Source: Candidatus Lloydbacteria bacterium
Lineage (GTDB): Bacteria; Patescibacteriota; Minisyncoccia; Phycocordibacterales; UBA6899
Assembly: GCA_043719805.1 (NCBI GenBank)
Contig: JAYSTI010000051.1
Location: forward strand, 36,816 to 100,815
Length of the DNA stretch: 64,000 nucleotides
Reading direction: 5' to 3'
Under the pieces are notes generated by a model. That model saw only the letters and a list, made by a program, of their open reading frames with translations, ran no database searches and was not told where the DNA came from. This document shows, one piece after another, positions 28,980 to 39,258 of this stretch (the stretch's first letter is position 1; every line of letters starts with the position of its first letter). The translations under genes were made by a program, and so were the position numbers.

Positions 28980-29102
28980 TGAATTCTCCAGTCAACAAAG
29001 TTACAGAAACGGGTTGTGAGTCTGAGCAAATAGTATCATGCTAAATCACATTTGTAAAGCGCCATTGCGGATAAGGGCCATGATGGCTTATTATATATAT
29101 CA

Positions 29103-31583
29103 ATGCGCGAGTACGACCACAAAAAAATAGAGGGGAAATGGCTCAAGGAGTGGAAAAAATCCGCTCTTTATAGAACCGAAGATGGTAGCTCTAAGCCCAA
29201 GTGCTTTGTGCTTGATGAGTTCCCTTATCCTTCAGGAGAAGGGCTCCACACGGGTCATACGCGCATTTACACTGCAAGCGACATCTATGCACGCCTGAAA
29301 CGCATGCAGGGCTTTAATGTGCTGCATCCGAGCGGCTGGGACGCATTTGGCCTCCCCGCAGAGCAATACGCCATCAAAAACAAAGTACACCCGTCACTGT
29401 CAGTTAAGAAAAACACGGAACGCTATAAGAGCCAGATGGATCGCGTCGGATTGTCCTATGACTGGGAGCGCGAAATAAACACTACAGATCCTGAGTTCTA
29501 CAAATGGACGCAGTGGATATTCTTAAAACTCCACGAAAAAGGACTTGCATTTGAGTCGTTCGAGCCTATCAATTGGTGTCCAACGTGCCAGACCGGACTC
29601 GCGAACGAGGATCTTGAGGCAGGAAAATGCGAGCGGTGTGGTACGGATGTTTTAAAAAAACCGATGCGACAATGGGTGCTCAAGATTACCGACTACGCAG
29701 AACGACTCATCAATGACCTCGACCTCCTCGATTGGCCGGAGTCGATGAAAGACGCACAGCGCAACTGGATTGGGAAGAGCGAAGGAGCGTTGCTTCATTT
29801 TAACATTCAGGGTTTTGATGCTCATGTGACAGTGTTTACTACGCGACCCGATACAGTGTGCGGAGCAACATATCTCGTACTTTCTCCCGAGCATGCGCTT
29901 GTGGACGCACTTTCTCCGCTCATTACCAATATGGACGATGTGAGGGCCTACCGAGTTACGGCAGGACAGAAGACGGAGATAGATCGCACAACAGAAGGAA
30001 AAGAAAAGACCGGTGTATCTCTAGAGGGCATCGTCGCCTTGAATCCCATAACCAACGAACAGATGCCTGTTTTCATTGCCGATTATGTTCTTGGACATGT
30101 GGGTGTCGGCGCAATCATGGCGGTACCCGCACACGACCTTCGCGATTTTGATTTTGCGAAAAAATTTAACCTGCCTACTAAAGCTGTCGTCTTAAGTGAA
30201 AATGTTTTAACGAAAGAAGAATTAGTGGAACTGAGAGAGGGCAAATTATCGCTTCGCACCGAGAGGAAGATTGGCGCCCATGAAGAGCACATCAAAAAAA
30301 ATGGGCCGGATGCAGGTACGGGATTTCTTATTAATTCCGGCGAGTATAACAGCATCAGCTCCGCCGAAGCAAAAACGAAGATCGTTGCCGACCTTGGGGG
30401 GAGAGTAAAGGTTACTTACAAACTCCGCGATTGGGTATTTTCACGTCAGCGATATTGGGGGGAGCCTATTCCCATTGTGCACTGCGGGAAGTGTGGTGTT
30501 GTGCCCGTCCCCGAAGCTGAGCTTCCCGTGCTTCTGCCTGATGTGCAGTCGTATGCTCCGACGGGAACAGGTGAGTCCCCACTCGCGCTTATTGAGGAAT
30601 GGGTGAATACGCCATGTCCAAAATGTGGAGAAGCGGCAAAAAGAGAAACAAACACCATGCCGCAATGGGCAGGTTCTTCGTGGTACTACTTGCGCTTCAT
30701 GGATCCGAAAAATTCTACCGCACTGGTCAACCCTGAAAAAGAAAAATATTGGTCTCCCGTTGATGTGTATGTCGGCGGCGCAGAGCACGTGACAAGGCAT
30801 CTTATCTATGCGCGTTTTTGGCACAAATTCCTTTTTGATATCGGCGTAGTGTCTTCCTATGAACCCTTTAAGCGTCGACGCGGCGTCGGGCTTGTGCTTG
30901 GTGAAGGCGGAGTGAAGATGAGCAAGCGTTTGGGAAATGTCATTAACCCCGATGACGTAATCGAAAGATTTGGTGCGGACACATTGCGCATCTATGAAAT
31001 GTTCATGGGCCCCTTCGGTCAAGCGATACCTTGGTCAACAGAAAATTTGATTGGCGCTCGACGTTTCGTTGAGCGAGTCTGGCGACTTCAGGAAAAAGCC
31101 GATTACCTGTCAAAAGAGGATAGGGATACAGAAATACTTCGACATCAAACAATTAAGAAAGTCACAGAGGACATTGAGGGTTTTGCGTTCAATACGGCAA
31201 TATCACAACTCATGATATATGTGAATCACCTTGAAAAATTGTCGTCGGTACACGTGGACATGTTTGAGGAGCTACTCATTCTTCTCGCACCGTTTGCACC
31301 GTTTGCGACCGAGGAGATTTGGAATGACCTGGAGCATGCCGAGTCGGTCCACCTCGCGGCGTGGCCGATATTTGATGAGAAAAAAACGATTTCGGACACG
31401 GTAATGATTGCAGTTCAAGTCAATGGAAAACTTCGGGACACTTTTTCTGTCACGCGCGGATCAAGTGAAGAGTCGGTAGTTGCGACTGCGCTTGCAAGTG
31501 AAATCGTTGTTAAATGGCTTCAGGATAAAGAGGTAAAAAAGATCATTTTTGTGAAAGATAAACTCGTAAGTATCGTGGTGTAA
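29103..31583 (+). CDS. leuS: leucyl-tRNA synthetase
   Basis: PYPSGEGLHTGH class I motif, editing domain, KMSKRLGN (KMSKS). Confidence 0.95.
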   Translation: MREYDHKKIEGKWLKEWKKSALYRTEDGSSKPKCFVLDEFPYPSGEGLHTGHTRIYTASDIYARLKRMQGFNVLHPSGWDAFGLPAEQYAIKNKVHPSLSVKKNTERYKSQMDRVGLSYDWEREINTTDPEFYKWTQWIFLKLHEKGLAFESFEPINWCPTCQTGLANEDLEAGKCERCGTDVLKKPMRQWVLKITDYAERLINDLDLLDWPESMKDAQRNWIGKSEGALLHFNIQGFDAHVTVFTTRPDTVCGATYLVLSPEHALVDALSPLITNMDDVRAYRVTAGQKTEIDRTTEGKEKTGVSLEGIVALNPITNEQMPVFIADYVLGHVGVGAIMAVPAHDLRDFDFAKKFNLPTKAVVLSENVLTKEELVELREGKLSLRTERKIGAHEEHIKKNGPDAGTGFLINSGEYNSISSAEAKTKIVADLGGRVKVTYKLRDWVFSRQRYWGEPIPIVHCGKCGVVPVPEAELPVLLPDVQSYAPTGTGESPLALIEEWVNTPCPKCGEAAKRETNTMPQWAGSSWYYLRFMDPKNSTALVNPEKEKYWSPVDVYVGGAEHVTRHLIYARFWHKFLFDIGVVSSYEPFKRRRGVGLVLGEGGVKMSKRLGNVINPDDVIERFGADTLRIYEMFMGPFGQAIPWSTENLIGARRFVERVWRLQEKADYLSKEDRDTEILRHQTIKKVTEDIEGFAFNTAISQLMIYVNHLEKLSSVHVDMFEELLILLAPFAPFATEEIWNDLEHAESVHLAAWPIFDEKKTISDTVMIAVQVNGKLRDTFSVTRGSSEESVVATALASEIVVKWLQDKEVKKIIFVKDKLVSIVV

Positions 31584-31770
31584 TATAGGCCGTTGTCCGA
31601 ATGTGCCTAAGATTGGCCATTCTTGAGTCGGGCTACAATCCACCTCGAGGAAGACGAAGGTACTTGACAATATTCCTGCTGGTGCTAAAACTATAAACAA
31701 CCGAGTATTGAAGGCAATCTGTCAATACCGAGCGAGTCATTATTTTTTTGTTTATTTATTTTTCAATTTT

Positions 31771-32805
31771 ATGGGAAACGTCAGCATATCGTTCAAACCG
31801 AAGTTGGTCACAAAGCATTTTCTTGGAGTGCTACCGCGCCGTGCTCAAGACGTAATCACCAAGCGATACGGCCTTGGTACTGAAACAAAAAAAATGACAC
31901 TCGAGTCAATCGGGGAGAACTACGGAATCACACGTGAGCGCGTACGGCAGATTGAAAATTTTGCACTCACCACAATTCGCAAGTCCGACGTCTTCAAGGA
32001 AGAGATGCCCGTTTTCGACGAATTGCGTCAGAGCATGATTTCGATGGGCTCAATCGTTCCGGAGAATGATTTTCTGATAGGCGTTTCGAGCGACAAGGCG
32101 AGCCAGAATCACATCCACTTCCTTTTGGTTCTTGGTGACCTTTTCACGAAGCACAAGGAAGATGATGACTTTGCGCATCGTTGGAGCACCGACCCTGAAA
32201 CGGCGACCAAGGTACATGAATCCCTTCGCAAGCTCTACTCGTCTTTGAATGACGACGACCTCATCGAAGAGTCAAAGATGATTGAACGTTTCCTCAACCA
32301 CGTAAAAGATGTTTCTGAGGAGTACAAGAACGAAGAGATTCTTCGTCGCTGGCTTTCGCTCTCAAAGAAAATGGGAAAGAATCCGCTTGGAGAATGGGGT
32401 ATGGCCTCATCGCCGAATGTATCGGCGCGCGGTGTGCGTGATTATGCTTTCCTCGTGTTGCGTAAGCACGGATCCCCGATGCATTTCACTGAGGTGGCAA
32501 AGGCTATCGGCTCACACTTTGACAAGCAGGCGCACATTGCAACGACACACAACGAGCTCATTAAGGACAAGCGATTCGTACTCGTCGGACGCGGACTCTA
32601 CGCGCTTTCTGAGTGGGGATATTCCACCGGAGTTGTGCGAGATGTCATCGGCGAAATACTCAAGAAAAGCGGCCCGCTAACACGCGAGGAGGTTGTCGAC
32701 AAAGTGATGCGCGAGCGTTACGTCAAGCCGAATACCATCCTCGTTAATCTTCAGAATCCGAAGTATTTCAAGAAAAACAAAGAGGGAAAGTACTCAATCG
32801 CATAA
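31771..32805 (+). CDS. sigma-70 region-4-like HTH fused to C-terminal HARE-HTH domain protein
   Basis: LPRRAQDVITKRYGLGTETKKMTLESIGENYGITRERVRQIENFAL (sigma70 r4 pattern); C-terminal LVLRKHGSPMHFTEVAKAIG...RFVLVGRGLYALSEWGY (HARE-HTH pattern); ORF-track start 31708 is an upstream alternative. Confidence 0.55.
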   Translation: MGNVSISFKPKLVTKHFLGVLPRRAQDVITKRYGLGTETKKMTLESIGENYGITRERVRQIENFALTTIRKSDVFKEEMPVFDELRQSMISMGSIVPENDFLIGVSSDKASQNHIHFLLVLGDLFTKHKEDDDFAHRWSTDPETATKVHESLRKLYSSLNDDDLIEESKMIERFLNHVKDVSEEYKNEEILRRWLSLSKKMGKNPLGEWGMASSPNVSARGVRDYAFLVLRKHGSPMHFTEVAKAIGSHFDKQAHIATTHNELIKDKRFVLVGRGLYALSEWGYSTGVVRDVIGEILKKSGPLTREEVVDKVMRERYVKPNTILVNLQNPKYFKKNKEGKYSIA

Positions 32806-32822
32806 CAGTTTAAAAATAGAAA

Positions 32823-34112
32823 ATGCCGCCCGATCGGGCGGCATTTTCGTTCCACAAATATGTAATATACGATATACTCAAACTTATGTTTGATGCGATA
32901 AACATTTTTTTTGATAAGCCATTTTTTCATGTCCTCGGGCAGATATACGACGTTGTCGCTTTTTTTGCGTTCATTTGGGGCCCTCTGCTTGCGATATGGC
33001 TTGCGCAAAAACTTTGGCTAGAATATATACGCATGGATTTTGTCCGCAAGAGTTTTGATTTTGTTCTACTCGAAATAAAACTCCCTCGGGTTATCGATAA
33101 AACTCCAATGGCCATGGAGCTTGTATTGCAGTCATTACACCAAGGCGGCTCATTTAACTGGTACGAGAAGTGGTGGCTCGGCAAAGTTAAACCTTGGTTT
33201 TCACTCGAAATAGTTTCCATTGAAGGCAATGTAAAATTATTGATACGCACACCATCCAAATTCAAGAAGATTATTGAGAGTCATATCTATGCCCAGTATC
33301 CGGATATCGAAGTGGTCGAAGTGCAGGACTATATTTCCTTAGCGCCGTACATCCACGAAAAAAACGAGTGGAGCCTGTGGGGGTGTGAATTTAAGCTTAC
33401 AAAACCGGACCCGTTTCCCATCAAGACATATATAGATTACGGGCTTGATTCAACGATGACAAAAGAAGAATTCAAGAGTGACCCGATCACTTCTATGATT
33501 GAGTTTTTGGGAAGCATCGGACGCGGGCAACAGATTTGGATGCAGATACTTGTGCAGGCGAACGGCGATCGGTATTCTACTCCGGGAAAATGGTTTAAGA
33601 AACACAATTGGAAAGATGAGGGTGGGAGGCTGATCAAAGAGATGCAGGCAAAACATACAGGACTCGATGCGCCGAAGCCTACGAAGTCTGAGCAGGAGGC
33701 AATGGCGGCCATTGAGCGATCGCTTGCGAAGATTGGTTTTGATTGCGGTATTCGTACTATTTACATCGCACAGAAAGACTATTTTGATCCTTCCAATATC
33801 GCAGGCATTACCGGCACTTTTCGTCAGTACAGCTCGCCGACACTGAACGGCTTCAAACCGTCAAATTCTCCGGGTTTTGACTACCCATGGCAGGACTATC
33901 ATGAGTGGCGTGAAACAAAACAAAAAAGAAAGTTGTTTGATGCCTATGTGCGCCGTTCATATTTCTATGCACCGTACAAGAAGACGCCATTTGTCCTCAA
34001 CTCAGAGGAGCTTGCAACTATTTATCACTTTCCTGGTGGTGTCGCAGAAACACCGACGTTTAATCGCGTTGAGTCAAGGAAGGGCGAACCTCCGGCTAAT
34101 CTCCCAATATAA
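32823..34112 (+). CDS. conserved hypothetical protein with N-terminal TM helix
   Basis: 429 aa; YDVVAFFAFIWGPLLAIWLAQKLW hydrophobic segment; no catalytic motif recognised. Confidence 0.4.
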   Translation: MPPDRAAFSFHKYVIYDILKLMFDAINIFFDKPFFHVLGQIYDVVAFFAFIWGPLLAIWLAQKLWLEYIRMDFVRKSFDFVLLEIKLPRVIDKTPMAMELVLQSLHQGGSFNWYEKWWLGKVKPWFSLEIVSIEGNVKLLIRTPSKFKKIIESHIYAQYPDIEVVEVQDYISLAPYIHEKNEWSLWGCEFKLTKPDPFPIKTYIDYGLDSTMTKEEFKSDPITSMIEFLGSIGRGQQIWMQILVQANGDRYSTPGKWFKKHNWKDEGGRLIKEMQAKHTGLDAPKPTKSEQEAMAAIERSLAKIGFDCGIRTIYIAQKDYFDPSNIAGITGTFRQYSSPTLNGFKPSNSPGFDYPWQDYHEWRETKQKRKLFDAYVRRSYFYAPYKKTPFVLNSEELATIYHFPGGVAETPTFNRVESRKGEPPANLPI

Positions 34113-35120
34113 ATGGAAGAAGATATCGTTGACTTACGTGAGCCGACCGTTGCAGTCGCACCCAAAAGGAGAAGGGTTTTCACCGCGGCATTTGTGGTTC
34201 TTTTATGTTTCTTCTTTGGGGGTGTCATGTTTCTCTGGAGCGTAATTCAACCACCTGAGATGTTTCCCGAAACAGTCGTCGTGGAAATTCCTGTTGGGTT
34301 TACCGCGCGTGGAGTGGGAGAGATATTGCAATACCACGGCATCATTCGCTCACCGTTACTTTTTCGCACTCTTGTGCGCTTATCCGGGAAGGAGACCGAG
34401 ATACAGTCGGGCGCATTTCTATTTTCAGAAAAAATGGATTTGCTTCAGGTGACGAGTAAGATGCTTGCGGGCGAGAGAGGTATCTCGCGCATTCGTCTCA
34501 CCGTTCCGGAGGGACTAACGATAAAGCAGCTTGCACGTCTGGTTGCGACAAATTTGCCAAACGTCTCGGAGGGTGAGTTTTTGAATGAAGCAAAAGGATG
34601 GGAGGGCTATCTTTTTCCGGACACGTATTTTTTCTTCTCAAACGCTACGACCGGCCCGGTCATTGTCGCGATGGAAGAGAATTTTGCCATCAAAACTAAT
34701 GATCTAAAAGGCGAGTCGCTGGGTCTCGGAAAGAAGTGGCAAGACATCGTCACGATGGCTTCCATAATTGAAGAAGAAACGGTTTCTGATGTCGACCAAC
34801 GCATGGTCTCAGGCATCCTCTGGAATCGTATTAATATAGGCATGCGGTTGCAGGTAGACGCATCGTTTGCCTATCTTCTCGGAAAACCAACAAGTGAGAT
34901 ATCGACCGCTGACCTTCTGCTTGATTCGCCATATAATACCTATCGTTACGCAGGATTACCCCCTGCGCCGATATCAAACCCCGGCCTTCGCGCTATTGGG
35001 GCAGCGCTTTATCCGGCACCCTCTTCGTACCTCTATTATCTTTCGGACAAAGACGGAGTTTTGCACTACGCAAAGACTTTTGAAGAACACAAGTTGAACA
35101 AAGCGAAGTATTTGTATTAA
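34113..35120 (+). CDS. mltG: endolytic murein transglycosylase MltG (YceG family)
   Basis: N-terminal TM, LTVPEGLTIKQLARL, C-terminal ...YYLSDKDGVLHYAKTFEEH. Confidence 0.85.
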   Translation: MEEDIVDLREPTVAVAPKRRRVFTAAFVVLLCFFFGGVMFLWSVIQPPEMFPETVVVEIPVGFTARGVGEILQYHGIIRSPLLFRTLVRLSGKETEIQSGAFLFSEKMDLLQVTSKMLAGERGISRIRLTVPEGLTIKQLARLVATNLPNVSEGEFLNEAKGWEGYLFPDTYFFFSNATTGPVIVAMEENFAIKTNDLKGESLGLGKKWQDIVTMASIIEEETVSDVDQRMVSGILWNRINIGMRLQVDASFAYLLGKPTSEISTADLLLDSPYNTYRYAGLPPAPISNPGLRAIGAALYPAPSSYLYYLSDKDGVLHYAKTFEEHKLNKAKYLY

Positions 35121-35131
35121 GATGGCACCAA

Positions 35132-36499
35132 ATGGATATTAACAAGATTACCAAAGCGCATTTTATCGGCATAGGGGGAATAGGAGTTTCAGCCATTGCG
35201 CGGATGTTTTCAGATAAGGGAATTGTTGTCATAGGCTCCGATGTTACGCTGCCTGAACCCGGAGCGCTTCCACTCGATGGGAGATATTTTGAAGGACATG
35301 ACGCAGTGAACGTTACCGCAGATACGTCTGTCATCATTTATTCACCTGCAGTGCCACCGACAAACCCGGAACGCGTTCGAGGGCACGAGATTGGCATCCC
35401 CGAGCTCTCATATCCGGAAGCACTAGCGTTGGTGACCAAAAATAGCGACACGATTGCCGTGTCGGGCACTCATGGCAAATCCACAACGACCGCACTTCTT
35501 GGGAAGCTATTTCAAGCGGGAGGAATGGACGCATCGGTCATCGTCGGTGCCGAAGTGGCGGGGTGGGACCGAAATTACCACAAGGGTAGAGGCGACATGT
35601 TCATCGTAGAAGCATGTGAATATCGAAGAAATATGATGTTTCTTTCTCCGCAAGCAATATTGCTCACAAATCTCGAGCTTGATCATCCCGACTATTACAA
35701 AGATCTTGCCGACGTAAAGAGTGCGTTTAGGGATTACATCGAAAAACTTTCAGGAGAAGATTTACTGATAATAAATAACGATGACGCAAATATTCGTGAC
35801 ATCGTAAAGAACTTTGATGCCATTATGGTGCGCTACGGCGTCGGTGGCGGAGCAGATCTCGTTGCGCGGAACATTGCAGAAGGTGAGACGGAGCAATCAT
35901 TCGAGCTCGTCTGGAAGGGCACGTCCTTGGGGAATTTTACGACGCCAATGCCTGGACTCTACAACATCTACAACATTCTCGCCGCTTGTGCGACTTATCT
36001 CGCATACGGCGGAGGGAGGGATGCCATCCAACCCGTGCTGACAAAATTTGTCGGCGTAGGAAGGCGATTTGAAATTGTCGGGAATTTGGGCGATGCGGTC
36101 GTAGTGTCTGACTATGCACATCATCCCACGGCGCTCAAGGCGGTCGTTGAGGCTGCGCAGTCTCGTTACAAGGGCAAGAATTTGCTCACCGTATTTCGCC
36201 CTCACCACCGAGAGCGCACAATAAAACTTATGGACGAATTTGTGGAGACGATGCTCGCAATTCCCCACAGCATACTTATTGAGATTTACGACGTCGCCGG
36301 ACGAGACGAAGATACACCCGTGAGTTCCCGTGACATCATTCACCACGTGTTCAAGCACGATCCGCAGAAAGATATAATTTACGCCAAAGATCTTTCAGAA
36401 GCAGAAGAACTGATACGGAGTCAGGCGCACCTCTTTGATGTCGTCCTCGTTGTCGGCGCAGGCGATGCGGATCAGCTTGCCAAGAGACTTATATTGTAA
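35132..36499 (+). CDS. murC: UDP-N-acetylmuramate--L-alanine ligase
   Basis: HFIGIGGIGVSAIARMF, GTHGKSTTTALL Mur ligase P-loop, DYAHHP. Confidence 0.9.
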   Translation: MDINKITKAHFIGIGGIGVSAIARMFSDKGIVVIGSDVTLPEPGALPLDGRYFEGHDAVNVTADTSVIIYSPAVPPTNPERVRGHEIGIPELSYPEALALVTKNSDTIAVSGTHGKSTTTALLGKLFQAGGMDASVIVGAEVAGWDRNYHKGRGDMFIVEACEYRRNMMFLSPQAILLTNLELDHPDYYKDLADVKSAFRDYIEKLSGEDLLIINNDDANIRDIVKNFDAIMVRYGVGGGADLVARNIAEGETEQSFELVWKGTSLGNFTTPMPGLYNIYNILAACATYLAYGGGRDAIQPVLTKFVGVGRRFEIVGNLGDAVVVSDYAHHPTALKAVVEAAQSRYKGKNLLTVFRPHHRERTIKLMDEFVETMLAIPHSILIEIYDVAGRDEDTPVSSRDIIHHVFKHDPQKDIIYAKDLSEAEELIRSQAHLFDVVLVVGAGDADQLAKRLIL

Positions 36500-36530
36500 A
36501 GTTGGCATACTGAATATAAGTAACGCTCAT

Positions 36531-37088
36531 ATGAAAAATAGCCTCCTCGCTTTTGTTGATCTCGAAATGACCGGACTTGAGCCATTCCGCCACGAAATAA
36601 TTGAAATCGGGATAGTTCTTGCTGCGCAAAAAAACGGCCCTAACGGAAAACAGGTATTAGAACTGGTGTCGGAGCACAACATCCAACTTATTCCCACGCA
36701 TATTGAAAACGCAGACCCAAAAGGTCTTGAGGTGAACAAGTATCACACACGCGACTGGAGCCTTGCGGTTCCGCAAAAGGAGGGACTCGAGCATGCGGCG
36801 ATGCTCCTAAGAGATACTGTTTTCATCGCCCAGAACGTCGCACATGATTGGTCGTTCCTCTCGTACGCAGGCAAAGAGCACGGTATCGACTTTGATATGA
36901 CGGTCCATTACCACAAGCTCGACCTCGCTTCTATGGCATTCGGTAAAATGTATCATGACGTACGACTTTTCAAATTTAGCTTGAGGGAGTTGACGGAGTA
37001 TTTTGAAGTGAAAAATATCAATGCACATACCGCCCTTGCAGACGCTCGCGCAACATTCGAGGTGTGCAAGAAATTACTCGCGTCTTAG
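36531..37088 (+). CDS. DEDDh 3'-5' exonuclease (DnaQ-like/oligoribonuclease-like)
   Basis: Exo I FVDLEMTGLEP, Exo II AQNVAHDWSFL, Exo III HTALADARA. Confidence 0.7.
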   Translation: MKNSLLAFVDLEMTGLEPFRHEIIEIGIVLAAQKNGPNGKQVLELVSEHNIQLIPTHIENADPKGLEVNKYHTRDWSLAVPQKEGLEHAAMLLRDTVFIAQNVAHDWSFLSYAGKEHGIDFDMTVHYHKLDLASMAFGKMYHDVRLFKFSLRELTEYFEVKNINAHTALADARATFEVCKKLLAS

Positions 37089-37131
37089 TGCTATCCTTCT
37101 TGTTTTTTGCAACGCGTGTTAGTTTGTGTAC

Positions 37132-38274
37132 ATGATGGAAAAAAAGAAGAAAATATTCGTCGGAATGAGCGGGGGAGTTGACTCTTCTGTTTCTGCGGCA
37201 CTGCTACAAAAGGCTACACCAAATAATTTTGAGAAATTATTTGGTCGCCCGACCCCAGTGGGGTTTAGGGGGTATGAAGTGGTTGGTGTCTTCATCAAAG
37301 TCTGGCAAGCGGATTTCCTTCCATGCACTTGGCGCGAAGAGCGGCGCGAAGCAATGCGCGCCGCGGCACACATTGGCGTTCCTCTCATTACGCTCGATTT
37401 GGAAAAAGCATATAAAGAAGAGGTTGTGGATTATATGATTCGCGAATACGGGGCAGGGAGAGTCCCGAATCCTGACGTTATGTGCAATAAGCACGTAAAA
37501 TTTGGCGCATTTCTCGATTTCGCTAAGCGAAACGGCGCAGATGCTATCGCCACTGGTCATTATGCCCGAGTCGAACACGTACAAAGTCCGTCTTTGTACA
37601 AATTGCTCGCAGGGGTGGACAAAGAGAAAGATCAGTCATATTTTTTATGGACACTGGCACAAGAACAGCTTGCGCACACCATGTTTCCTGTGGGACACCT
37701 TCAAAAATCTGAAGTGCGGAAGCTTGCCAAAGAGTTTGCCCTCCCCAATGCAGAAAAAAAAGACAGCCAAGGTTTGTGTTTCATGGGTGCGGTCGACATG
37801 GCGGATTTTCTCAAACATTATGTGCATGCAGTGCCTGGTCCCGTGCTCGATGTAGAAGGAACCATAATTGGAACTCATGATGGCGCAATGCTCTACACCA
37901 TCGGGCAACGTCACGGGTTTCAGACGACAAAACAAAGTGCACATGAGTCGCCGCTGTTTGTTGTGAGTAAAGATCTCTCAAAAAACACCATCACCGTTTC
38001 GGTGTCGGCAAGTTCGATATCGCCGATGGGCATAGACCGACTTCAGCTAACGCAGATGAATTGGATTCCTACAATCCCGGATGCGCAGGTGGCGCGTGAA
38101 TCATCCGTGCGCATTCGTTATCGCGGTGCGCCTCACAAGGTCACCGCAATTGAGTTTACAAATGATGAAGTGATTGTCACGCTGACAAGAAATGACGAAT
38201 ATATTGCCGCCGGTCAATCGGCAGTATTCTATGATGGAGAAACCTGTTTGGGAGGCGGGGTTATCAATGCATAG
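37132..38274 (+). CDS. mnmA: tRNA 2-thiouridine(34) synthase MnmA
   Basis: PP-loop [22 protein letters not shown]-terminal beta-barrel; ~20-aa insertion after PP-loop. Confidence 0.9.
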   Translation: MMEKKKKIFVGMSGGVDSSVSAALLQKATPNNFEKLFGRPTPVGFRGYEVVGVFIKVWQADFLPCTWREERREAMRAAAHIGVPLITLDLEKAYKEEVVDYMIREYGAGRVPNPDVMCNKHVKFGAFLDFAKRNGADAIATGHYARVEHVQSPSLYKLLAGVDKEKDQSYFLWTLAQEQLAHTMFPVGHLQKSEVRKLAKEFALPNAEKKDSQGLCFMGAVDMADFLKHYVHAVPGPVLDVEGTIIGTHDGAMLYTIGQRHGFQTTKQSAHESPLFVVSKDLSKNTITVSVSASSISPMGIDRLQLTQMNWIPTIPDAQVARESSVRIRYRGAPHKVTAIEFTNDEVIVTLTRNDEYIAAGQSAVFYDGETCLGGGVINA

Positions 38275-38312
38275 TGTTGCAGAAGAGGTGTCACGTGAGG
38301 TATTATTTGTCC

Positions 38313-38798
38313 ATGAATCGAAAACTAACATACACCATTTCAGTGGTAGCACTCTTGTTTGTCGCGTATTTTATTTATTGGAATGATGAACAAAAAAATC
38401 CCGTGCAACCCGATGCACCGTTAGTTCAAAATTTACCATTAACCACAGAAACAAAAGTCATGAATAATGAAACAGAAGGATTGCTTATTGAAACAATTAT
38501 TGCGGGTAGTGGTGAGGGCGCACAGAATGGTCAGACGGTAGAGGTGGATTACACAGGCACGTTAACGAACGGAACTGTCTTTGACTCAAGTATTCCTCGG
38601 GGACAGCCGTTCACAGTGCATCTTGGTAAGGGGGAGGTAATTAAAGGCTGGGATCTTGGACTTTTGGGAATGAGGGTAGGTGAAAAGAGGAAGCTTACCA
38701 TTCCATCGGACCTTGCATATGGGAAAGGTGGTTTTCCCGGAGTTATCCCGCCGAATGCGACACTTATTTTTGAAGTTACACTAAAAGCGATAAAATAA
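38313..38798 (+). CDS. membrane-anchored FKBP-type peptidyl-prolyl cis-trans isomerase
   Basis: N-terminal TM; [16 protein letters not shown]...[29 protein letters not shown]...ATLIFEVTL. Confidence 0.85.
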   Translation: MNRKLTYTISVVALLFVAYFIYWNDEQKNPVQPDAPLVQNLPLTTETKVMNNETEGLLIETIIAGSGEGAQNGQTVEVDYTGTLTNGTVFDSSIPRGQPFTVHLGKGEVIKGWDLGLLGMRVGEKRKLTIPSDLAYGKGGFPGVIPPNATLIFEVTLKAIK

Positions 38799-38803
38799 TA
38801 TCC

Positions 38804-39253
38804 ATGACGAAATGGTTGTTCCTTGTCGTACTTGTAGTTGCCGGAGGAGTTCTCGGATTTCTTTATGTAAATCTTGATAAGGTTGAAGTTCCTTTGAATA
38901 TTTCTGATTCAGATACAGCGGCGAATGAGGTAGTTGTTACGCACGCATTCAAAGACGGTGCGCATCGGTTTTCCGGTGAGTTCAAGCTTCCTCACTCCTG
39001 CTATTCTACTGACGCAATCACGGTGATTGACCCAAAAAAGATAAACGCGCTCATTATCCAAATAGCGACGCGAGATCGCTCACTTGAATGGTCTCCATGT
39101 GCAATTTATACTACCAGATACGAATTCATTGTTATTGCCGACGAGCCCGAAAATATTTCGTTCACACTCGAAATCGGCGGCAAACAACAACGAATAAGCG
39201 TCAAGGAGGTGAGCTGGGAAAGTTCCAGTGGAGCCATCATCAGGACCCTCTGA
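38804..39253 (+). CDS. hypothetical membrane-anchored protein
   Basis: N-terminal TM, 149 aa. Confidence 0.35.
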   Translation: MTKWLFLVVLVVAGGVLGFLYVNLDKVEVPLNISDSDTAANEVVVTHAFKDGAHRFSGEFKLPHSCYSTDAITVIDPKKINALIIQIATRDRSLEWSPCAIYTTRYEFIVIADEPENISFTLEIGGKQQRISVKEVSWESSSGAIIRTL

Positions 39254-39258
39254 TATAT

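Noticed and set aside
30441-31022. 193-aa minus-strand ORF inside leuS
   Set aside because: Antisense to leuS with intact class I motifs on the + strand
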